From: Stegostoma tigrinum
Taxonomy: Eukaryota
Assembly (NCBI RefSeq): GCF_030684315.1
Contig: NC_081367.1
Location: forward strand, 44,303,853 to 44,367,852
Reading direction: 5' to 3'
DNA length: 64,000 bases
Of the stretch, positions 54,536-64,000 are shown piece by piece. Numbering within the stretch: the first letter of the stretch is position 1; the number at the start of each line of letters is the position of its first letter. The notes beneath the pieces were generated by a model. It was not told where the DNA came from. It saw only the letters and a list, made by a program, of their open reading frames with translations, and ran no database searches. Both the position numbers and the translations under genes were made by a program.

Positions 54536-55299
54536 ATAGTTGGCAATTTTCAATCTGAGGAGGAAGGCATACCCTTCATATCCAAGGACAAACAAGTTAG
54601 TTGGCGTGCAGTGACATTCATTCAAGGAATGTGAGAAGAATTCTGAGAAATTTGGGTTGACCTCAACTATGACAAAGATTGAACCCTGTGCTGTTGGCAC
54701 CAGTCCGACCCACGCCAACTGCTGATGGTAGCAGACCCTTCCACATGCATACTGCATATCTAGAGCTACGGCTGGGGTTGGGAGTGGCTCCAATTCTTTC
54801 CTCATGTAGTTGATGACCGGAAATCTTTCCTGCTCTTACTCTTAGCATTGGTGTAGGCTGCAAAGATTTACAAGTTGTTGCTCAACCTATTTGGTCACCT
54901 TCGCCATCAGGTTGTGAACTTCAGATTCAGAAACATACCTCAAAACCATCAATCAATAATGACTAAACCCACTGTGAACCCTGCCTTCCACAAAATGCAT
55001 TTAAATGAAGAACACAATGTAATGTTGTCCTTGTTAAAACACTTACTGCTGTGGTCTTGGAATACCTCATGTTTCCAGATACAGTTCTTGATTTGGTTTA
55101 ATACATAGAATGAAAGGGATTGAAGCAGGCCAATAGGACTTCATAGAGTCTGTGTCAGGCTGAAAGTGGAGAGTAACAACCTGGAAGAATATCAATCCAG
55201 CTGTGTTCATAGTAAAAGTTGATATTTCTGCAGAGGTACAAGCATATCAACCACTCGTGGAAACATTGGGTTAAATGAAGAAAGGTCTACGAACATTGG

Positions 55300-55951
55300 G
55301 GTCTATGGGTGTGGGGCTGGAAAAGCACAGTAGGTCAGACAGCATCAGAGGCACAGGGTAGTCAATGTTGACTAGGAGTAGGAAAATGGACAGGTCAGGC
55401 CAGGCCAGGTCAGGTCAGGGAGGTGAGGAGGAGGGGGTGAGCTGGACATGATAAGGCTGGGGGAGAAGCTGGTGAAGTCAATGTTGAGGCCATGGGTTTA
55501 AGCTCTCAAGGCGAAATATCAGGTGTTCGTCCTCCAGTTATGTTTGGCCTCACTCTGACAGTGGAGGAGGCCAAGGATGGACATATCATCAGGGGAATAG
55601 GAGGGGGATTTAAAATGGTTGGGAACCAGAAGATCAGGTTTGTTGATGCATGTAGACCTGACCTAACCCATCCGTCTTCATACTCAACTGTCTGCTCCAC
55701 CATTCCCACGGACCAATGACAATAACTGCATCCACCTATCACCATCTCTTCTACCCTTCTCCCCAACCCCACCCCCAGCAGCCACCCCCTCCCTCTTTTT
55801 ATTTCTGGGCTCCCTTCGCCTCCCCAGCCCTAATAAAGGGTTTTGGCCTGAAACTGTGACTTTACTGCTCCTCTGCTGTCTGACCTATGCTTTTCCAGTC
55901 TCATACCTATAGATTCTGGCTTCCAACATCAGCAGTCCTTATACCCTTTAG
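55300..55951. mobile_element. PLE (family A-related) fold-back insertion, decayed
   Basis: TSD gaacattgg at 55291-55299 and 55952-55960. The left arm ggctggaaaagcacagtaggtcagacagca is inverted to tgctgtctgacctatgcttttccagtc. A minus-strand GIY-YIG end lies at about 55480-55640. A decayed hammerhead (ctaataaaggggttttggcctgaaac) and the tail are on the right. Confidence 0.8.
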
Positions 55952-58144
55952 GAACATTGGAACAGGAGTCGGTCATGCAGCCTATCAGGCTTGCTGATCC
56001 ATCTGTAAAGAGTGGAACCTAAATCGGATTGACCGATCGATACAAGTTAAAATTCAATTAATTTTAGCCTTTAATCTTTAAGTTCAAGATTCAATGCAAG
56101 GAAAATGCAATTTAATGCCTGTTAAATAATAGCAAAAAGGCATGAGCAAATCAGCAGTCATTACAGTGATTAACTATTGTACTGGAAGTAAAACAAATTT
56201 TATTTTACCAATGTGGAACAGGACTCATTGGGATTATTTCAGTGTGTGAAATGCTTGAACAGGTCAAACTTCCAAAAAGCCTACAAGAAAATACATTTAC
56301 TGACAATGCATCAACCCTATAAATAAAATGTAATTATTTCATTTATATGGCTTGTCAAAAAGAATGCTTATTCAGAACTTTTCAGCAGAGACTGCAAAAT
56401 TGATAGTGCTGTGTATCAAGCTCTAGGATAGTGTTGCTTGGCTACAGCAAGTTAGGATCAGATGATTCTCTAGTTTAATATTTGTTTGCACAGTGATTGT
56501 GAAATTGCATCACAGTATCTTAATTTAGCAAAAGTAACCTGCTGCTTACATGTAACATCTCGACAGACTCCAAGAACTCCTTTAGAGTGTTGTACTTATT
56601 CAGTTTTGTATAATTGCCCAGTTTTAATTGCAAAGCTGCAATTTTCAAGTGTTGTATTGGTGGACTTGCTGGTATCAACATTTCATTAAACTTCTGTTAC
56701 TGCTTTCTCTTTTTTATGCTAGAATTGAGAATTGACAGGATATGGTCATTAGAACCAAATAAATAGAATATATGAAATCGTGTTTTTGTTTTAACCGGTT
56801 TCAATGCCTGGAAAGAACTCAAAATCTGAGCCATGGGGAGTGAGTGCATTTTCTGAATGAAAGGCTGCCTAGGTTTCCGAGATCACTTTCTCTCCTCCTA
56901 ATAGCACTTAATATTTCCTTCTACATAACAAAACAAAGCTTCAATATGATTAATTACTGTAACAGTGTGCTCTAATTTGTCCTCTTTTGGTTGACAAATA
57001 GTGGCACCAACTGCTAATTTTAATCTTTTTTTTGAAGGTGATAAAATGTACTTCAACACCTGCTTTATGCTGGTATTAAAATAAATGTAAGAATGAATTG
57101 TTCATCGTAGACATTAAATCGCAAATTTTAATGGGGAAAATCTGGATGACTGCGTTCAATTAAATCTGCCAAACTGCAATTTCATTATGTACAAAGGATT
57201 CTGATTTTATAACAACCAAAGCTTACTGAATTTATCAATAAGTGGCAAAGGAAAAATTGAAACTTCGATTCACTGCCATGTCTATTGATAAGGCAAGCTG
57301 AATTACTGAGGGATTTAACTGAACTTAGCCTAAGCTAATTTGGGAAGGATATTATTCTGTGCACTTTAACAATGTCTGATTGAGATGCAAGCAGAAACGT
57401 TTAGAAGTGTAAAAAATGTTAAATATGTAAATATAGAAGAAAAAGCACTTCAATCTTTGCCACTGCATGAGTGCTGTATGCAGCTGACCAGTTGTTGGAT
57501 TATGCAAGAGTAGCTCAGCCCGGTGTGTCAGCAGTGACCTTCCATGTATATTAAATGACATTTTAATAAAGGGTATAGTTCTGTTCTGCATTTTTAGTAG
57601 GAATATCACTTTGCCTTTCCCAGTATTTGATGTGATTTTGGAATTTCTACACTTGTTTTGTTGATAACCACTGCCAAAGTTATGCTTGGCAAAGACTAGC
57701 CATAAAATTTGATAAGTGGTACAAATAACAGCTTATGCTTTTCCACCAGGGTTTTCATCACAGTCATTGCAGAAGGCCAGGACTGATCCCACAGAAATTC
57801 TACTCTATAGATAATACTATTTAGCATCACTTTGTAGAATTGTGAGCAGTCAATCAGTGCTTGAAATCAATGGATTGCAAATCCAAAACCACAAGACCAT
57901 CATAAACAAAATCTAATTTGTTTCCTTGGAATTAATATCTTGGAATTTGGAATAATATTAATCATCATGAATCATATTACTAATTTACAGTCATAAATTT
58001 AAATTAATTTTAAAAAGTAGCTTCTGATCGATATGTTCCTTAGCAACTCTTTATTTTAATAATAAAGATTCATCCAGGAACACACATGGGTTTTTCTACC
58101 TACAATCTGAAGAATGAGTATTTTGTAAACTAAGCATCTATCTT

Positions 58145-58369
58145 CCATTAGCAACTCCTTTGTCCGTCCAACTGTCTTTCCCTCTCTTTGGGCTCTATCC
58201 TGTCGTTAACTCCCTACTGCACCCACCTCCCTATTTTCTGCATATAAATTGATGTTTTTCAAAAAAAAGTTCTGAGGAAGGGTCACCAGATCCAAAACGT
58301 TAATTCTGTTTTCTCCTCCACAGATGCTGCCAGACTTGCTGAGCTTTTCCAGCAACTTTGTTTTTGTTC
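58145..58369 (+). mobile_element. Solo PLE family B 3' UTR + untailed pLTR
   Basis: Homologous to 8817-9042. TSD catctatctt at 58135-58144 and 58370-58379. The hammerhead gttctgaggaagggtcaccagatccaaaacgtt has its GAAA box mutated. Confidence 0.88.
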
Positions 58370-61300
58370 CATCTATCTTTCCCGTTGATACTATATCTCA
58401 ACTGTCCATCTATTTTTTAAAATATACCTAGCGCTGTCCATCAATATGTGAAGTCTGAACAGGAGCAGAAGGGGGCCATTCAGCCAATCAAGTCTACTGT
58501 GCCTTTTAATGAGATCACGGCAGATCTGATAATCCTCAACATCACTTTTTCCTGCTGTTTCCCTGTAACCCTTGATTCGCATAATGATTAAAAATCTATC
58601 GATCTCAACCTGAAATATATTTAGTGACCTAGCTTTGACAGCCCTCAACACTGGCAAAGATTTCCTCAGATTCAGTACCCTCTGAATGGAAATAAATTCT
58701 CTTCATCTGGTCTGAAATGTGTAACCCCTTATTCTAAGAATATGCCTTCTGATCTTGGACTCTCCCATGGGGAAAAACAATTGTGCTGCATCTACATTGT
58801 CAATTCGCCTAAGAATCTTGTATGTTTCAATAAGGCCGCCTCTCATTCTTCTAAATTCCAGCATGTACAGGTCAAACCTACTCAACCTGTTTTCATAAGA
58901 CTGTTGTTTAATATCTGATATCAGCTGAATGAATCTTCTCTGGACTATTTCCGATGCCAGTATATTTCTCCTCAGTAAAGGGGCCCAACTGTGGTCTGAA
59001 TAATGCTTCATATTGTTTTAACAAAACCTCCCAGATTTGGTACTCCATTCCCTTTGGCTTCCGTATTACCCATTGGACTTAGATGATAGCTTTTTGTGAT
59101 TCATGGACCAGGGCTCCCAAATCCCTCTGTTCAGTAGCTTCCTACAGTTTTTCTCCAGTTAAACAAATTTCAGCCCCTTGATTTTTTTTTTCCCTGCCAA
59201 AATGCATCGCTTCACACTTTTCCAATTATATTCTGTCTACCAAATTTTTGCCTACTCGCTTAACATGTCTATACCACCCTGCAGACTCTAAAATCCTCAC
59301 CACTTTCCTTCTTGCCTATTTTTATGTCAGCTGCAAACATGGCAACAGTGCATTCACTTTCTTCATCCAAGTTATTAGCATATTTTATAAATAATTGTGG
59401 CTCCAGCACTGATCCCTGCAGTATTTTGCTAGTCATAGGTTGCCATCATGAAAATTCCCTCCCCTGTACTAACTTAGTCTTCTATTACTTAGACAGTCCT
59501 CTATCCATGCTAATATCTGAATCGAACACCATGGGCTCTTGAGTTGCCTAATGAATGGTATCTTATTAAATGCCCTCTCATAATCCAACAAGTTGCATCT
59601 TCTGCTTCCTTTTTGTCTACCCTGCTTATTAACTCTTCAAAGATTTTTAGTAAATGTGTCCGGCATGATTTCCCTGGCATGAAGCCACGTTGACTTTGCT
59701 TGATCAGATGACGTATTTCTAAATTCTCTATTATTACATCCTTCACGATAGACTGTAACATTACACAAAAACAGATGTTAAGCTAGTTGACTTATAGGTA
59801 ACTGGTTTTTGCCTCCTTCCCTTTTTAAATAAATATGTTACACTGTCAATTTCCAATCCTCACTTTTCCAGAATCGAAGGTCTCATGGACCATTGCTGCC
59901 ATTTTATTGCTGTAGTTACTTCCTTTAATATCTTGGAATGCATCTTATGAGCTCCAGGGTGTTTATTAGTCTTTAGCCCTGTTAGTTTCCTTTGTACTTT
60001 TTCCCTACTGATAGGTATTGTAACTATTTCCTTTCTTCCTTTTGCCCCTTGTTTGGATAATTTTGAAACATTATTAGTGTCTTTACTGTGAAGACTGATG
60101 CAATGTATTTATTCATGTCCTCTGCCATTTCTTAATTCCCCGTTATTGTTTCCCCAGCCTCACTCTCTAATAAGTTCACTTTGGCTTCTCACTTTTCCTT
60201 TTTATATGTTTAAGGGAGCTCTTGCAGTTCATCTTGATATTACTTGTAAGTTTACCATCAAAGTTGATTTTCTCCCACTTTATTATTTTTCTGATTTATG
60301 TTAGGTTGGTTTTAAATCTTTCCGAATTCTATGGCTTACTATTAATCTTTGTCACATTATAGGTCTTTTTTTTGCAGTTTCGTGCTATCTTTAACTATCT
60401 TGGTTAACCACAATTGGCTTATCCCCTTCCTAGGGGATGTCCTTCGTCCCCGTCCTTCGTCCCCATCCATCTGTCATTCTCATCAGAACATATTGTTGTT
60501 ATGAAGCATGAACTATTTTCATAAACATCTGCTTTGTTCTTCAATCGTCTTTGCTGCTAAATTCCTTTCTCAGTCCACTCCAGACAGTTCTTCCTTCATT
60601 CCTTTGTAATTTAAACTTAGCACAGTTGTTTCTGACCCAGGTTCCTCCCATTCAAACTGAGTGCAAAATTCCACCATTTTATGGTCACTGTTTCCTAGGA
60701 GAACTTTTACTTTGACATCATTTATTAAATCTGTTTCATTACATATTAGTAGCTCAAAATAGCTACTATTAGGAGGCCAATAGATTACTTCAACCAGTAT
60801 CTTCTTTCTGATTTTATTTATAACCTCCAGCAAGATGGATTCTAAATCTTACAATTCAACATCCTACTTATTGTATTTGGTCCATCCTGCACCAACAGTG
60901 TACCCAACACCTTTCCTCCTGCTTGTTCTTTCAGAAAGTCACATATCCCTGAGTAATTCTAGATTTTTGATCTCCTTGAAGCCTTGTCTCTCTTATCGCT
61001 GTGAGATCATACCCATTATGAGCTTTCTTCCAAATATTACATGCATTGGATTAAAGAACCATTAAGTTTGCCCTTTTTAAACTGTTACTTCCCCTTTTGA
61101 CTCTTGCTATTTTTCTATTTTTGTCTCATCTGTACCTTCCTGTTCTACTCTGGGTATCGATATCCAAATAGTTGCCCTGCAATATTGTCATGCCCTCTTG
61201 CTTATATTTCACTTCTGTTCTAATTATTTTAAAGTACTGTCTACGTCCTTAGTTACACTCAATATACCTGGACCCTGAATTGTACTGTTCCCAGTACATT

Positions 61301-62063
61301 TCAAGGGAAACCTGTCCCATTGGAACGGCTCCTTTCTGCTGCAGTACGGGTCCCAGCACCCCATGAGCTGAAATCCATTTCAATTTTTGTACCACGCAAT
61401 TAACTCTTTGACGTTATTCATCTTGTGTCCACAGCTCTGGCCACATTGCAGAAATTATTATCTTGGAGTTTTGCTTTTCAGTTCAGCTCCTAACCGTTCA
61501 AAGTCTTGCAGCAAAACTTCCATAGTCATACCAATGTTGTTGCTGCTAACAATGTTGTTGCTCCTTCCCTCCCAGTCTGAGCTCTTCTCCAGCCCTGAGG
61601 AGATGGCACTGGACAGTCAACACAGCCTACAGGACATTTGCTACTGCTGCAAATAATACTCTCCATCCTCTTAGTTACACTATTCCCTACCATAACTATA
61701 TTCTTATTTTCCCCTTCCCTCCACTTGTATGCTCACTGTACCAAGGTGCCATGGTCAGTTTGCTCATTCTCTCTACAGCCCCCATTCTCATCCCTGAAGC
61801 TTACAAGGACCTCATACCTGTTTGACAATTGCAAGGGCCAACGTACCTTAATTTTAACCCATCGAGTGCATATAGCTGACCTACCTGCAGTCACACCCTC
61901 CTGTCCCTGATCGCAGGTAAATTTTGAATTACTCAGTCTCAGTTTTATGACTACCCTCTGGACCAACATTTCCACGCAACCTTCCCTGTGGCACAATGTC
62001 TGCAGCTCAGATTCCAGCTCTTCATTTCTGATCTGGAGTTCCTTGAGCTGCACACACTTAACT

Positions 62064-62206
62064 ACAATAATGAAATGTGAGGCTGGATGAACACAGCAGG
62101 CCCAGCAGCATCTCAGGAGCACAAAAGCTGACGTTTCGGGCCTAGACCCTTCATCAGACCCTTCATTCTTGGATTCTCCAGCATCTGCAGTTCCCATTAT
62201 CACTCT
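62064..62206. mobile_element. PLE family A mini-element with a collapsed sense arm, inserted in CR1 ORF1
   Basis: TSD cacacacttaact at 62051-62063 and 62207-62219. A minus-strand pLTR (62064-62157) is followed by an 11-bp duplicate agacccttcat and then the plus-strand tail. Confidence 0.93.
62130..62157 (-). ncRNA. Hammerhead-like motif with intact core (antisense to CLCN2)
   Basis: The minus strand reads CTGATGA-A-GGGT(CTAG)GCCC-GAAAC-GTC. Confidence 0.7.
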
Positions 62207-62861
62207 CACACACTTAACTGCAGATGTGTTTGTTCTGGTTCACATTGGTGTCCAGCAGCTTCCTCATGCTGCAGCAACAACGCATCACTCATCCTGCCAG
62301 CACTATTGTATTTGATTTACCTTCGAAATGAATGACTTCATTGTAATGATTTTTTTAACAAACCAGAAAGAGGAAGAAATAGCACCACAATCAGTCTAAA
62401 CTGTGAGCAGTTTTTTTTTAGAACACAGAAGAAAACGTTGAAGACTGAAACACAAACTGAAGACCTTGCTGTTACTTTGGGACTAGAAATATTCATCAAT
62501 CCTCTTCACTTTTCAGCTGGTTTTCCTGCAATTGTGCCACACTATGGGCTGTAGTTCACACTTCAAGTCGGCCTCTTGACCCACACCTTTAATCCTTTCT
62601 CACTCAGCTCTTGGTCTGGAGAGTTTACTTCTTGCAGTAGATCTGAGTAAGAGTACCTCTGTTCCCCTTTGTACCAGATTTCAGTGGACAATCAAAACCT
62701 TGGTCAAGCAAGTAGCTTTTGCATTTAATCTTAAATGAGGGGACAGGAGTAAAGTGCAAAAGATGGAGGAAGGAATCCTGGAATGGGGGGCTTGAGCCTT
62801 TCTGATTCTTTGTTCTGGCCCTTGTTTATTTGTGTTTACAACCGTAACAAGATACGCCGCC

Positions 62862-64000
62862 AGTGACAAATACACAAAATGCTGGAGAAGCTTGTCAGAC
62901 AGCATATGTGGAGAGAAACAGAGTTAACAACTTGAGTCAGGTATGACTGTTCTTCCAACCCACTATTTGTATTGCAAGGTTGGATCAGAAGTGACAGAGG
63001 CTGAGAAACTGGCAGAATGAAATAGAATCCTTACAGAAAGCAGGGTGTGAGTAAGTCTAGTCAAGGCACCTACTAGAATAGGTAAGTTGTAATGGATAAA
63101 AGTGTACAGCCTAGCTTGAGAAATGGAAACGGAATAATCATGTGAGGGAACAGTCCGTGACTGATGAGAGAAGGATGGAATTTGGATGCAAAATCCATGA
63201 GTTCTTCTAATTCTGAATGAGGGAAGAAAGCATCACAGACGATGATCTGATCATATTGGAGAAAGAGGTGTGGTAGGAAGCCCTGAATAGGACTGGAGTA
63301 AGGAATGTTTCCCCTTCCCCTACAAAGGGGCAGGCATAACTGGGACCCCAGATGGGTACTATTTACTCGGAGAATGTGAGATAAATTCAAGGAGAAATTG
63401 TTCAAAGTGAAGATCAGCTCGGGCAGGTGAGGGAAGGTGATAGTGAATAAGGACCATTCATGCCTTCTCTCCAGGAAGAAATGAAGAGATATTGGATTAT
63501 CCTGATGGAGGATGAATGTGTAGAAGGGATTACATGTCCATGGTGAAGAGGAGGAGGCTGAGGCCAGGAAACTGGAAGTAGCAGAATCGACATAAAACAT
63601 CAGAAGAATCTGAACGTAAATGGAAAGAGATTGGATAAGAATAAACATAGAGTGAGTCAAGATAGAAATAAATAAGCTCAGTGTGGCAGAAATTGAAATT
63701 GGACAGACAAGTGACCAGAGGTGGGTTCTAGATGGAAGGAGGTATCAGAGACAGATGAAAAAGCTCAGTAGAACAAAGGCAAGATTTCTGCCTAATAAAC
63801 AGGAACGGAGAGGAAGGTGATGGGAAAAGAATCATTGTCAAGCTGTACCTGCAAGTCATTGAGATGGGGACATAAATATATAATCTGAGTCAAACAAAGA
63901 AACAAAGAAAGAGTCCTTTAGTGAACACAGATTACTCAGCATCAGAGTGTGGAAGGCCAGAGGGTATGGTGGATTAGGTTGAATAGAGTTTTATGTGGTT
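62862..64000 (-). mobile_element. Decayed PLE: pLTR remnant (62862-62956) joined to an RT remnant that runs off the window
   Basis: ORF 63073-63660 contains LHFFLERR, ELIFTLNNFSLN, PHLFLQYD.II and FASKFHPSL, typical of PLE RT. The reverse complement near 63000-63040 gives CKDSISFCQFL. Confidence 0.82.

Larger units (their letters stand above)
58445..62303 (-). mobile_element. Older nearly full-length CR1 LINE (ORF1 with Cys-rich N-terminus, coiled coil and esterase remnant; ORF2 EN + RT)
   Basis: KCVQLKELQIRNEELESELQTL and LQLSNRYEVL (ORF1); YWPPNS and LGNSDHKMVEF (EN); IKQSQRGFMPGKSC and LEFRRMRGGLIETYKIL (RT). Confidence 0.9.

Noticed and set aside
61733-62209. 158-aa minus-strand ORF that looks like a novel protein
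   Set aside because: It is a chance fusion of the non-coding PLE mini-element (MGTADAGES...) with the CR1 ORF1 it interrupts.

Overview
This is eukaryotic vertebrate DNA, most likely from a shark (inferred from its CR1/HER1-type LINEs, a DeuSINE and Penelope-like families). The whole window is intragenic. Three coding exons of the voltage-gated chloride channel CLCN2 (ClC-2) lie on the + strand at 14705-14833, 35107-35240 and 53610-53687. They carry the GSGIPE and GKEGP motifs and are separated by introns of about 20.3 and 18.4 kb. The introns are packed with decayed retroelements: many CR1 LINEs (two nearly full length), SINEs, and more than a dozen Penelope-like element (PLE) insertions from at least three families. 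Most PLE copies carry a minimal hammerhead-ribozyme-like motif (CTGANGA-N-stem-GAAACGT(C/T)) in their terminal repeat, and many are fold-back structures flanked by 9-14 bp target-site duplications (TSDs). Two PLE insertions have copied host target DNA in inverted orientation: 183 bp at 47.2 kb, and 15 bp within a spacerless 216-bp palindrome at 23.7 kb. Almost all ORFs in the supplied track are TE remnants or spurious. TE boundaries given without a TSD are approximate.
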